Positions 1 to 12,510 of a DNA stretch of 64,000 nt are shown in pieces. This DNA is from Eledone cirrhosa (lineage: Eukaryota). Both the position numbers and the translations under genes were made by a program. Position 1 is the first letter of the stretch, and each line of letters begins with the position of its first letter. Where the stretch lies: assembly GCA_964016885.1 (NCBI GenBank), contig OZ024743.1, positions 132,804,001 through 132,868,000 of the forward strand, in the 5' to 3' direction. The notes beneath the pieces were generated by a model that ran no database searches, had not been told where the DNA came from, and was given only the letters and a program-made list of their open reading frames with translations.

Positions 1-350
1 TGGTGTTTGGTGCTTGGTGTTTGGTGCTTGGTGTTTGGTGTTTGGTGCTTGGTGCTTGGTGTTTGGTGCTTGGTGTTTGGTGCTTGGTGTTAGGTGTTTG
101 GTGCTTGGTGCTTGGTGTTTGGTGTTTGGTGCTTGGCGTTTGGTGTTTGGTGTTATATGCTTGGTGTTTGATGCTTGGTGCTTGGTGCTTGGTGTTTGGT
201 GCTTGGTGTTTGATGCTTGGTGCTTGGTGCTTGGTGTTTGGTGATTGGTGCTTGGTGTTTGTACTTGGTGCTTGGTGCTTGGTTCTTGGTGTTTGGTGCT
301 TGGTGCTTGGTGTTTGGTGTTTGGTGCTTGGTGTTTGGTGCTTGGTGTTT

Positions 351-3300
351 GGTGCTTGGTGTTTGGTGCTTGGTGCTTGGTGTTTGGTGTTTGGTGCTTG
401 GTGTTTGGTGCTTGGTGTTTGGTGTTAGGTGTTTGGTGCTTGGTGTTTGGTGTTTGGTGCTTGGTGTTTGGTGCTTGGTGTTTGGTGCTTGGTGTTTGGT
501 GCTTGGTACTTGGTGCTTGGTGCTTGGTGTTAGGTGTTTGGTGCTTGGTGCTTGGTGTTTGGTTTTTGGTGCTTGGTGCTTGGTGTTTGGTGTTTGGGGC
601 TTGCTGCTGGCTGCTTGGTGTTTGATGCTTGGTGATTGGTGCTTGGTGTTTTGTGCTTGGTGTTTCGTGCTTGGTGTTTGGTGCTTGGTGCTTGGTGTTT
701 GGTGCCTGGTGCTTGGTGCTTGGTGTTTGGTGTTTGGTGTAGGTGCTTGATGCTTGGTGTTTGGTGCTTGGTGCTGGGTGGTTGGTGTTTAGTGCTTGGT
801 GTTTGGTGCTGGGTGCTTGGTGTTTGGTGCTTGGTGCTTGGTCTTTGGTGCTTGGTGTTTGGTGTTTGGTGCTAGGTGCTTGGTGCTTGGTGTTTGGTGC
901 TTGGTGCTTGGTGTTTGGTGCTTGGTGCTTAGTGTTTGGTGCTTGGTGCTTAGTGTTTGGTGCTAGGTGCTTGGTGTTTGGTGCTTGGTGCTTGGTGTTT
1001 GGTGCCTGGTGCTTGGTGTTTGGTGTTTGGTGTTTGGTGCTTGGTGCTTGGTGTTTGGTGTTTGCTGTTTGCTGTTTGTTGTTTGGTGTTTGCTGTTTGG
1101 TGTTTGGTGTTTGCTTTTTGGTGTTTGGTGTTTGCTGTATGTTGTTTGGTGTTTGGTGTTTGGTGTTTGGTGTTTCGTGCTTGGTGTTTGGTGCTTGGTG
1201 CTTGGTGTTTGGTGCCTGGTGCTTGGTGCTTGGTGCTTGGTGTTTGGTGTTTGGTGCTTGGTGCTTGGAGTTTGGTGTTTGGTGCTTGGTGCTTGGTGTT
1301 TCGTGTTTCGTGTTTGGTTTTTGGTGCTTGGTGCTTGGTGCTTGGTCCTTGGTGTTTGGTGTTTGCTGCTTGGTGTTTGATGCTTGGTGCTTGGTGCTTG
1401 GTGTTTTGTGTTTGGTGCTTGGTGCTTGGTGTTTGGTGCTTGGTGCTTGGTGCTTGGTGTTTGTACTTGGTGCCTGGTGTTTGGTTCTTGGTTCTTGGTG
1501 TTTGGTGTTTGGCGTTTGCTGTTTGGTGCTTGGTGCTTGGTGTTTGGTGCTTGGTGCTTGGTGTTTGGTGCCTGGTGCTTGGTGCTTGGTGTTTGGTGTT
1601 TGGTGCTTGGTGCTTGGTGCTTGGAGTTTGGTGTTTGGTGCATGGTGCTTTGTGTTTTGTGTTTGGTGTTTGGTTTTTGGTGCTTGGTGCTTGGTCCTTG
1701 GTGTTTGGTGCTGGGTGCTTTGTGTTTGGTGCTTGGTGCTTGGTGTTTGGTGTTTGCTGCTTGGTGTTTGATGCTTGGTGCTTGGTGCTTGGTGTTTTGT
1801 GTTTGGTGCTTGGTTCTTGGTGTATGGTGCTTGGTGCTTGGTACTTGGTGTTTGTACTTGGTGCTTGGTGCTTGGTGTTTGGTTCTTGGTTCTTGGTGTT
1901 TGGTACTTGGTGCTTCGTGCTTGATGTTTGGTGTTTGGTGCTTGGTGTTTGGTGCTTGGTGCTTGGTGCTTGGTGTTAGGTGTTTGGTGCTTGGTCTTTG
2001 GTGTTTGGTGCTTGGTGTTTGGTGTTTGCTGTTTGGTGTTTGGTGTTTGGTGTTTGGTGTTTGCTGTTTGGTGTCTGCTTTTTGGTGTTCAGTGTTTGCT
2101 GTATGGTGTTTGGTGTTTGCTGTTTGGTGTTTGGTCTTTGGTGCTTGGTGTTTGGTGCTTGGTGCTTGGTGTTTGGTGTTTGGTGCTTGGTGGTTGGTGT
2201 ATGGTGTTTGGTGCTTGGTGTTTGGTGTTTGGTGCTTGGTGTCTGGTGCTTGGTGTTTGGTTTTTGGTGCTTGGTGTTTGGTGTTTGGTGTTTGGTGTTT
2301 GGTGCTTGGTGCTTGGTGTTTGGTGTTTGGTGCTTGGTGTCTGGTGCTTGGTGCTTGGTGCTTGGTGCTTGGTGTTTGGTGTTTGGTGCTTGGTGTTTGG
2401 TGCTTGGTGCTGGGTGGTTGGTGTTTGGTGCTTGGTGTTTGGTGCTGGGTGCTTGGTGTTTGGTGCTGGGTGCTTGGTGTTTGGTGCTTAGTGCTTGGTC
2501 TTTGGTGCTTGGTGTTTGGTGCTTGGTGCTTGGTGCTTGGTGTTTGGTGCTTGGTGCTTGGTGTTTGGTGCTTGGTGCTTGGTGTTTGGTTTTTGGTGCT
2601 TGGTGCTTGGTGTTTGGTGTTTGGTGCTTGCTGCTGGCTGCTTGGTGTTTGATGCATGGTGATTGGTGCTTGGTGTTTGGTGCTTCGTGTTTGGTGTTTG
2701 ATGCTTGGTGCTTGGTGCTTGGTGTTTGGTGCTTGGTGCTTGGTGTTTGGTGCTTGGTGCTTGGTGTTTGGTGCTTGGTGTTTGGTGCTTGGTGTTTGGT
2801 GCTTGGTGCTTGGTGCTTGGTGCTTGGTGTTTGGTGGTTGGTGCTTGGTGCTTGGTGTTAGGTGTTTGGTGCTTGGTGCTTGGTGTTTGGTGTTTGGTGC
2901 TTGGTGTTTGGTGTTTGGTGCTTGGTGTTTGGTGCTTGGTACTTGGTGCTTGGTGCTTGGTGTTAGGTGTTTGGTGCTTGGTGCTTGGTGTCTGGTTTTT
3001 GGTGCTTGGTGCTTGGTGTTTGGTGTTTGGTGCTTGCTGCTGGCTGCTTGGTGTTTGGTGCTTGGTGATTGGTGCTTGGTGTTTGGTGCTTGGTGTTTGG
3101 TGTTTGGTGCTTGGTGATTGGTGTTTGTACTTGGTGCTTGGTGCTTGGTTCTTGGTGTTTGGTGCTTGGTGCTTGGTGTTTGGTGTTATATGCTTGGTGT
3201 TTGATGTTTGGTGCTTGGTGCTTGGTGTTTGGTGTTTGGTGTTTGATGCTTGGTGCTTGGTGTTTGGTGCTTGGTGCTTGGTGTTTGTACTTGGTGCTTG

Positions 3301-6300
3301 GTGCTTGGTGCTTGGTGTTTGGTGCTTGGTGCTTGGTGCTTGGTCCTTGGTGCTTGGTGTTTGGTGGTTGGTGTTTGGTGCTTGATGTTAGGTGTTTGGT
3401 GCTTGGTGCTTGGTGTTTGGTGTTTGGTGCTTGGTGTTTGGTGTTTGGTGCTTGGTATTTGGTGCTTGGTACTTGGTGCTTGGTGCTTGGTGTTAGGTGT
3501 TTGGTGCTTGGTGTTTGGTGCTTGGTGTTTGGTGCTTGGTGCTTGGTGCTTGGTGCTTGGTGTTTGGTGGTTGGTGTTTGGTGCTTGGTGTTTGGTGCTT
3601 GGTGTTAGGTGTTTGGTGCTTGGTGCTTGGTGTTTGGTGTTTGGTGCTTGGTGTTTGGTGTTTGGTGCTTGGTGTTTGGTGCTTTTTGCTTGGTGCTTGG
3701 TGCTTGGTGTTTGGTGCTGGGTGCTTGGTGCTTGGTGTTTGGTGTTATATGCTTGGTGTTTGATGCTTGGTGCTTGGTGCTTGGTGTTTGATGCTTGGTG
3801 CTTGGTGCTTGGTGTTTGGTGCTTGGTGCTTGGTGTTTGGTGCTTGGTGCTTGGTGTTTGGTGCTTGGTGTTTGGTGCTTGGTGTTTGGTGCTTGGTGCT
3901 TGGTGCTTGGTGCTTGGTGTTTGGTGGTTGGTGCTTGGTGCTTGGTGTTAGGTGTTTGGTGCTTGGTGCTTGGTGTCTGGTTTTTGGTTCTTGGTGCTTG
4001 GTGTTTGGTGCTTGTTGCTGGCTGCTTGGTGTTTGGTGCTTGGTGATTGGTGCTTGGTGTTTGGTGCTTGGTGTTTGGTGTTTGGTGCTTGGTGTTTGTA
4101 CTTGGTGTTTGGTGCTTGGTGTTTGGTGCTAGGTGCTTGGTGTTTGGTGCTTGGTGCTTGGTGTTTGGTGCCTGGTGCTTGGTGTTTGGTGTTTGGTGTT
4201 TGGTGCTTGGTGCTTGGTGTTTGGTGTTTGCTGTTTGCTGTTTGGTGTTTGTTGTTTGGTGTTTGGTGCTTGGTGCTTGGTGTCTGGTTTTGGTGCTTGG
4301 TGCTTGGTGTTTGGTGCTTGTTGCTGGCTGCTTGGTGTTTGGTGCTAGGTGCTTGGTGTTTGGTGCTTGGTGCTTGGTGTTTGGTGTTTGGTGCTTGGTG
4401 TTTGGTGCTTGGTGTTTGGTGTTAGGTGTTTGGTGCTTGGTGTTTGGTGTTTGGTGCTTGGTGTTTGGTGCTTGGTGTTTGGTGCTTGGTGTTTGGTGCT
4501 TGGTACTTGGTGCTTGGTGCTTGGTGTTAGGTGTTTGGTGCTTGGTGCTTGGTGTTTGGTTTTTGGTGCTTGGTGCTTGGTGTTTGGTGTTTGGGGCTTG
4601 CTGCTGGCTGCTTGGTGTTTGATGCTTGGTGATTGGTGCTTGGTGTTTTGTGCTTGGTGTTTCGTGCTTGGTGTTTGGTGCTTGGTGCTTGGTGTTTGGT
4701 GCCTGGTGCTTGGTGCTTGGTGTTTGGTGTTTGGTGTTAGGTGCTTGATGCTTGGTGTTTGGTGCTTGGTGCTGGGTGGTTGGTGTTTAGTGCTTGGTGT
4801 TTGGTGCTGGGTGCTTGGTGTTTGGTGCTTGGTGCTTGGTCTTTGGTGCTTGGTGTTTGGTGTTTGGTGCTTGGTGCTTGGTGCTTGGTGTTTGGTGCTT
4901 GGTGCTTGGTGTTTGGTGCTTGGTGCTTAGTGTTTGGTGCTTGGTGCTTAGTGTTTGGTGCTAGGTGCTTGGTGTTTGGTGCTTGGTGCTTGGTGTTTGG
5001 TGCCTGGTGCTTGGTGTTTGGTGTTTGGTGTTTGGTGCTTGGTGCTTGGTGTTTGGTGTTTGCTGTTTGCTGTTTGTTGTTTGGTGTTTGCTGTTTGGTG
5101 TTTGGTGTTTGCTTTTTGGTGTTTGGTGTTTGCTGTATGTTGTTTGCTGTTTGGTGTTTGGTGTTTGGTGTTTCGTGCTTGGTGTTTGGTGCTTGGTGCT
5201 TGGTGTTTGGTGCCTGGTGCTTGGTGCTTGGTGCTTGGTGTTTGGTGTTTGGTGCTTGGTGCTTGGAGTTTGGTGTTTGGTGCTTGGTGCTTGGTGTTTC
5301 GTGTTTCGTGTTTGGTTTTTGGTGCTTGGTGCTTGGTGCTTGGTCCTTGGTGTTTGGTGTTTGCTGCTTGGTGTTTGATGCTTGGTGCTTGGTGCTTGGT
5401 GTTTTGTGTTTGGTGCTTGGTGCTTGGTGTTTGGTGCTTGGTGCTTGGTGCTTGGTGTTTGTACTTGGTGCTTGGTGTTTGGTTCTTGGTTCTTGGTCTT
5501 TGGTGTTTGGCGTTTGCTGTTTGGTGCTTGGTGCTTGGTGTTTGGTGCTTGGTGCTTGGTGTTTGGTGCCTGGTGCTTGGTGCTTGGTATTTGGTGTTTG
5601 GTGTTTGGTGCTTGGTGCTTGGAGTTTGGTGTTTGGTGCATGGTGCTTTGTGTTTTGTGTTTGGTGTTTGGTTTTTGGTGCTTGGTGCTTGGTCCTTGGT
5701 GTTTGGTGCTGGGTGCTTTGTGTTTGGTGCTTGGTGCTTGGTGTTTGGTGTTTGCTGCTTGGTGTTTGATGCTTGGTGCTTGGTGCTTGGTGTTTTGTGT
5801 TTGGTGCTTGGTTCTTGGTGTATGGTGCTTGGTGCTTGGTACTTGGTGTTTGTACTTGGTGCTTGGTGCTTGGTGTTTGGTTCTTGGTTCTTGGTGTTTG
5901 GTACTTGGTGCTTCGTGCTTGATGTTTGGTGTTTGGTGCTTGGTGTTTGGTGCTTGGTGCTTGGTGCTTGGTGTTAGGTGTTTGGTGCTTGGTCTTTGGT
6001 GTTTGGTGCTTGGTGTTTGGTGTTTGCTGTTTGGTGTTTGGTGTTTGGTGTTTGGTGTTTGCTGTTTGGTGTCTGCTTTTTGGTGTTCAGTGTTTGCTGT
6101 ATGGTGTTTGGTGTTTGCTGTTTGGTGTTTGGTCTTTGGTGCTTGGTGTTTGGTGCTTGGTGCTTGGTGTTTGGTGTTTGGTGCTTGGTGGTTGGTGTAT
6201 GGTGTTTGGTGCTTGGTGTTTGGTGTTTGGTGCTTGGTGTCTGGTGCTTGGTGTTTGGTTTTTGGTGCTTGGTGTTTGGTGTTTGGTGTTTGGTGTTTGG

Positions 6301-9300
6301 TGCTTGGTGCTTGGTGTTTGGTGTTTGGTGCTTGGTGTCTGGTGCTTGGTGCTTGGTGCTTGGTGCTTGGTGTTTGGTGTTTGGTGCTTGGTGTTTGGTG
6401 CTTGGTGCTGGGTGGTTGGTGTTTGGTGCTTGGTGTTTGGTGCTGGGTGCTTGGTGTTTGGTGCTGGGTGCTTGGTGTTTGGTGCTTAGTGCTTGGTCTT
6501 TGGTGCTTGGTGTTTGGTGCTTGGTGCTTGGTGCTTGGTGTTTGGTGCTTGGTGCTTGGTGTTTGGTGCTTGGTGCTTGGTGTTTGGTTTTTGGTGCTTG
6601 GTGCTTGGTGTTTGGTGTTTGGTGCTTGCTGCTGGCTGCTTGGTGTTTGATGCATGGTGATTGGTGCTTGGTGTTTGGTGCTTCGTGTTTGGTGTTTGAT
6701 GCTTGGTGCTTGGTGCTTGGTGTTTGGTGCTTGGTGCTTGGTGTTTGGTGCTTGGTGCTTGGTGTTTGGTGCTTGGTGTTTGGTGCTTGGTGTTTGGTGC
6801 TTGGTGCTTGGTGCTTGGTGCTTGGTGTTTGGTGGTTGGTGCTTGGTGCTTGGTGTTAGGTGTTTGGTGCTTGGTGCTTGGTGTTTGGTGTTTGGTGCTT
6901 GGTGTTTGGTGTTTGGTGCTTGGTGTTTGGTGCTTGGTACTTGGTGCTTGGTGCTTGGTGTTAGGTGTTTGGTGCTTGGTGCTTGGTGTCTGGTTTTTGG
7001 TGCTTGGTGCTTGGTGTTTGGTGTTTGGTGCTTGCTGCTGGCTGCTTGGTGTTTGGTGCTTGGTGATTGGTGCTTGGTGTTTGGTGCTTGGTGTTTGGTG
7101 TTTGGTGCTTGGTGATTGGTGTTTGTACTTGGTGCTTGGTGCTTGGTTCTTGGTGTTTGGTGCTTGGTGCTTGGTGTTTGGTGTTATATGCTTGGTGTTT
7201 GATGTTTGGTGCTTGGTGCTTGGTGTTTGGTGTTTGGTGTTTGATGCTTGGTGCTTGGTGTTTGGTGCTTGGTGCTTGGTGTTTGTACTTGGTGCTTGGT
7301 GCTTGGTGCTTGGTGTTTGGTGCTTGGTGCTTGGTGCTTGGTCCTTGGTGCTTGGTGTTTGGTGGTTGGTGTTTGGTGCTTGATGTTAGGTGTTTGGTGC
7401 TTGGTGCTTGGTGTTTGGTGTTTGGTGCTTGGTGTTTGGTGTTTGGTGCTTGGTATTTGGTGCTTGGTACTTGGTGCTTGGTGCTTGGTGTTAGGTGTTT
7501 GGTGCTTGGTGTTTGGTGCTTGGTGTTTGGTGCTTGGTGCTTGGTGCTTGGTGCTTGGTGTTTGGTGGTTGGTGTTTGGTGCTTGGTGTTTGGTGCTTGG
7601 TGTTAGGTGTTTGGTGCTTGGTGCTTGGTGTTTGGTGTTTGGTGCTTGGTGTTTGGTGTTTGGTGCTTGGTGTTTGGTGCTTTTTGCTTGGTGCTTGGTG
7701 CTTGGTGTTTGGTGCTGGGTGCTTGGTGCTTGGTGTTTGGTGTTATATGCTTGGTGTTTGATGCTTGGTGCTTGGTGCTTGGTGTTTGATGCTTGGTGCT
7801 TGGTGCTTGGTGTTTGGTGCTTGGTGCTTGGTGTTTGGTGCTTGGTGCTTGGTGTTTGGTGCTTGGTGTTTGGTGCTTGGTGTTTGGTGCTTGGTGCTTG
7901 GTGCTTGGTGCTTGGTGTTTGGTGGTTGGTGCTTGGTGCTTGGTGTTAGGTGTTTGGTGCTTGGTGCTTGGTGTCTGGTTTTTGGTTCTTGGTGCTTGGT
8001 GTTTGGTGCTTGTTGCTGGCTGCTTGGTGTTTGGTGCTTGGTGATTGGTGCTTGGTGTTTGGTGCTTGGTGTTTGGTGTTTGGTGCTTGGTGTTTGTACT
8101 TGGTGTTTGGTGCTTGGTGTTTGGTGCTAGGTGCTTGGTGTTTGGTGCTTGGTGCTTGGTGTTTGGTGCCTGGTGCTTGGTGTTTGGTGTTTGGTGTTTG
8201 GTGCTTGGTGCTTGGTGTTTGGTGTTTGCTGTTTGCTGTTTGGTGTTTGTTGTTTGGTGTTTGGTGCTTGGTGCTTGGTGTCTGGTTTTTGGTGCTTGGT
8301 GCTTGGTGTTTGGTGCTTGTTGCTGGCTGCTTGGTGTTTGGTGCTAGGTGCTTGGTGTTTGGTGCTTGGTGCTTGGTGTTTGGTGTTTGGTGCTTGGTGT
8401 TTGGTGCTTGGTGTTTGGTGTTAGGTGTTTGGTGCTTGGTGTTTGGTGTTTGGTGCTTGGTGTTTGGTGCTTGGTGTTTGGTGCTTGGTGTTTGGTGCTT
8501 GGTACTTGGTGCTTGGTGCTTGGTGTTAGGTGTTTGGTGCTTGGTGCTTGGTGTTTGGTTTTTGGTGCTTGGTGCTTGGTGTTTGGTGTTTGGGGCTTGC
8601 TGCTGGCTGCTTGGTGTTTGATGCTTGGTGATTGGTGCTTGGTGTTTTGTGCTTGGTGTTTCGTGCTTGGTGTTTGGTGCTTGGTGCTTGGTGTTTGGTG
8701 CCTGGTGCTTGGTGCTTGGTGTTTGGTGTTTGGTGTTAGGTGCTTGATGCTTGGTGTTTGGTGCTTGGTGCTGGGTGGTTGGTGTTTAGTGCTTGGTGTT
8801 TGGTGCTGGGTGCTTGGTGTTTGGTGCTTGGTGCTTGGTCTTTGGTGCTTGGTGTTTGGTGTTTGGTGCTTGGTGCTTGGTGCTTGGTGTTTGGTGCTTG
8901 GTGCTTGGTGTTTGGTGCTTGGTGCTTAGTGTTTGGTGCTTGGTGCTTAGTGTTTGGTGCTAGGTGCTTGGTGTTTGGTGCTTGGTGCTTGGTGTTTGGT
9001 GCCTGGTGCTTGGTGTTTGGTGTTTGGTGTTTGGTGCTTGGTGCTTGGTGTTTGGTGTTTGCTGTTTGCTGTTTGTTGTTTGGTGTTTGCTGTTTGGTGT
9101 TTGGTGTTTGCTTTTTGGTGTTTGGTGTTTGCTGTATGTTGTTTGCTGTTTGGTGTTTGGTGTTTGGTGTTTCGTGCTTGGTGTTTGGTGCTTGGTGCTT
9201 GGTGTTTGGTGCCTGGTGCTTGGTGCTTGGTGCTTGGTGTTTGGTGTTTGGTGCTTGGTGCTTGGAGTTTGGTGTTTGGTGCTTGGTGCTTGGTGTTTCG

Positions 9301-12300
9301 TGTTTCGTGTTTGGTTTTTGGTGCTTGGTGCTTGGTGCTTGGTCCTTGGTGTTTGGTGTTTGCTGCTTGGTGTTTGATGCTTGGTGCTTGGTGCTTGGTG
9401 TTTTGTGTTTGGTGCTTGGTGCTTGGTGTTTGGTGCTTGGTGCTTGGTGCTTGGTGTTTGTACTTGGTGCTTGGTGTTTGGTTCTTGGTTCTTGGTCTTT
9501 GGTGTTTGGCGTTTGCTGTTTGGTGCTTGGTGCTTGGTGTTTGGTGCTTGGTGCTTGGTGTTTGGTGCCTGGTGCTTGGTGCTTGGTATTTGGTGTTTGG
9601 TGTTTGGTGCTTGGTGCTTGGAGTTTGGTGTTTGGTGCATGGTGCTTTGTGTTTTGTGTTTGGTGTTTGGTTTTTGGTGCTTGGTGCTTGGTCCTTGGTG
9701 TTTGGTGCTGGGTGCTTTGTGTTTGGTGCTTGGTGCTTGGTGTTTGGTGTTTGCTGCTTGGTGTTTGATGCTTGGTGCTTGGTGCTTGGTGTTTTGTGTT
9801 TGGTGCTTGGTTCTTGGTGTATGGTGCTTGGTGCTTGGTACTTGGTGTTTGTACTTGGTGCTTGGTGCTTGGTGTTTGGTTCTTGGTTCTTGGTGTTTGG
9901 TACTTGGTGCTTCGTGCTTGATGTTTGGTGTTTGGTGCTTGGTGTTTGGTGCTTGGTGCTTGGTGCTTGGTGTTAGGTGTTTGGTGCTTGGTCTTTGGTG
10001 TTTGGTGCTTGGTGTTTGGTGTTTGCTGTTTGGTGTTTGGTGTTTGGTGTTTGGTGTTTGCTGTTTGGTGTCTGCTTTTTGGTGTTCAGTGTTTGCTGTA
10101 TGGTGTTTGGTGTTTGCTGTTTGGTGTTTGGTCTTTGGTGCTTGGTGTTTGGTGCTTGGTGCTTGGTGTTTGGTGTTTGGTGCTTGGTGGTTGGTGTTTG
10201 GTGTTTGGTGCTTGGTGTTTGGTGTTTGGTGCTTGGTGTCTGGTGCTTGGTGTTTGGTTTTTGGTGCTTGGTGTTTGGTGTTTGGTGTTTGGTGTTTGGT
10301 GGTTGGTGCTTGGTGTTTGGTGTTTGGTGCTTGGTGTCTGGTGCTTGGTGCTTGGTGCTTGGTGCTTGGTGTTTGGTGTTTGGTGCTTGGTGTTTGGTGC
10401 TTGGTGCTGGGTGGTTGGTGTTTGGTGCTTGGTGTTTGGTGCTGGGTGCTTGGTGTTTGGTGCTGGGTGCTTGGTGTTTGGTGCTTGGTGCTTGGTCTTT
10501 GGTGCTTGGTGTTTGGTGCTTGGTGCTTGGTGCTTGGTGTTTGGTGCTTGGTGCTTGGTGTTTGGTGCTTGGTGCTTGGTGTTTGGTTTTTGGTGCTTGG
10601 TGCTTGGTGTTTGGTGTTTGGTGCTTGCTGCTGGCTGCTTGGTGTTTGATGCATGGTGATTGGTGCTTAGTGTTTGGTGCTTCGTGTTTGGTGTTTGATG
10701 CTTGGTGCTTGGTGCTTGGTGTTTGGTGCTTGGTGCTTGGTGTTTGGTGCTTGGTGCTTGGTGTTTGGTGCTTGGTGTTTGGTGCTTGGTGTTTGGTGCT
10801 TGGTGCTTGGTGCTTGGTGCTTGGTGTTTGGTGGTTGGTGATTGGTGCTTGGTGTTAGGTGTTTGGTGCTTGGTGCTTGGTGTTTGGTGTTTGGTGCTTG
10901 GTGTTTGGTGTTTGGTGCTTGGTGTTTGGTGCTTGGTACTTGGTGCTTGGTGCTTGGTGTTAGGTGTTTGGTGCTTGGTGCTTGGTGTCTGGTTTTTGGT
11001 GCTTGGTGCTTGGTGTTTGGTGTTTGGTGCTTGCTGCTGGCTGCTTGGTGTTTGGTGCTTGGTGATTGGTGCTTGGTGTTTGGTGCTTGGTGTTTGGTGT
11101 TTGGTGCTTGGTGATTGGTGTTTGTACTTGGTGCTTGGTGCTTGGTTCTTGGTGTTTGGTGCTTGGTGCTTGGTGTTTGGTGTTATATGCTTGGTGTTTG
11201 ATGTTTGGTGCTTGGTGCTTGGTGTTTGGTGTTTGGTGTTTGATGCTTGGTGCTTGGTGTTTGGTGCTTGGTGCTTGGTGTTTGTACTTGGTGCTTGGTG
11301 CTTGGTGCTTGGTGTTTGGTGCTTGGTGCTTGGTGCTTGGTCCTTGGTGCTTGGTGTTTGGTGGTTGGTGTTTGGTGCTTGGTGTTAGGTGTTTGGTGCT
11401 TGGTGCTTGGTGTTTGGTGTTTGGTGCTTGGTGTTTGGTGTTTGGTGCTTGGTATTTGGTGCTTGGTACTTGGTGCTTGGTGCTTGGTGTTAGGTGTTTG
11501 GTGCTTGGTGTTTGGTGCTTGGTGTTTGGTGCTTGGTGCTTGGTGCTTGGTGCTTGGTGTTTGGTGGTTGGTGTTTGGTGCTTGGTGTTTGGTGCTTGGT
11601 GTTAGGTGTTTGGTGCTTGGTGCTTGGTGTTTGGTGTTTGGTGCTTGGTGTTTGGTGTTTGGTGCTTGGTGTTTGGTGCTTTTTGCTTGGTGCTTGGTGC
11701 TTGGTGTTTGGTGCTGGGTGCTTGGTGCTTGGTGTTTGGTGTTATATGCTTGGTGTTTGATGCTTGGTGCTTGGTGCTTGGTGTTTGGTGTTTGGTGCTT
11801 GGTGTTTGATGCTTGGTGCTTGGTGCTTGGTGTTTGGTGCTTGGTGCTTGGTGTTTGGTGCTTGGTGCTTGGTGTTTGGTGCTTGGTGTTTGGTGCTTGG
11901 TGTTTGGTGCTTGGTGCTTGGTGCTTGGTGCTTGGTGTTTGGTGGTTGGTGCTTGGTGCTTGGTGTTAGGTGTTTGGTGCTTGGTGCTTGGTGTCTGGTT
12001 TTTGGTTCTTGGTGCTTGGTGTTTGGTGCTTGTTGCTGGCTGCTTGGTGTTTGGTGCTTGGTGATTGGTGCTTGGTGTTTGGTGCTTGGTGTTTGGTGTT
12101 TGGTGCTTGGTGTTTGTACTTGGTGTTTGGTGCTTGGTGTTTGGTGCTAGGTGCTTGGTGTTTGGTGCTTGGTGCTTGGTGTTTGGTGCCTGGTGCTTGG
12201 TGTTTGGTGTTTGGTGTTTGGTGCTTGGTGCTTGGTGTTTGGTGTTTGCTGTTTGCTGTTTGGTGTTTGTTGTTTGGTGTTTGGTGCTTGGTGCTTGGTG

Positions 12301-12366
12301 TCTGGTTTTTGGTGCTTGGTGCTTGGTGTTTGGTGCTTGTTGCTGGCTGCTTGGTGTTTGGTGCTT
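351..12366 (+). repeat. Three tandem copies of a ~4-kb higher-order repeat (351-4347, 4348-8346, 8347-12366)
   Basis: ORF-track offsets are 743/4741/8740 and 963/4961/8960, and ATGCAT occurs at 2652/6650/10649. The 3999-bp unit equals 572 monomers, five of them the 6-mer TTGTAC (572x7-5). Copy 1 has two 1-nt deletions (~740, ~4288). Copy 3 has 21 extra bp near 11780. Confidence 0.93.
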
Positions 12367-12510
12367 GGTGATTGGTGCTTGGTGTTTGGTGCTTGGTGTT
12401 TGGTGTTTGGTGCTTGGTGTTTGTACTTGGTGTTTGGTGCTTGGTGTTTGGTGCTAGGTGCTTGGTGTTTGGTGCTTGGTGCTTGGTGTTTGGTGCCTGG
12501 TGCTTGGTGT
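11985..12510 (+). repeat. Segment repeated at 307-bp spacing
   Basis: ORF offsets are 12065->12372 and 12151->12458. The series TTGTTGC-TGGCTGC...TTGGTGA...TTGTAC...TAGGTGC...CTGGTGC occurs twice. Confidence 0.75.
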
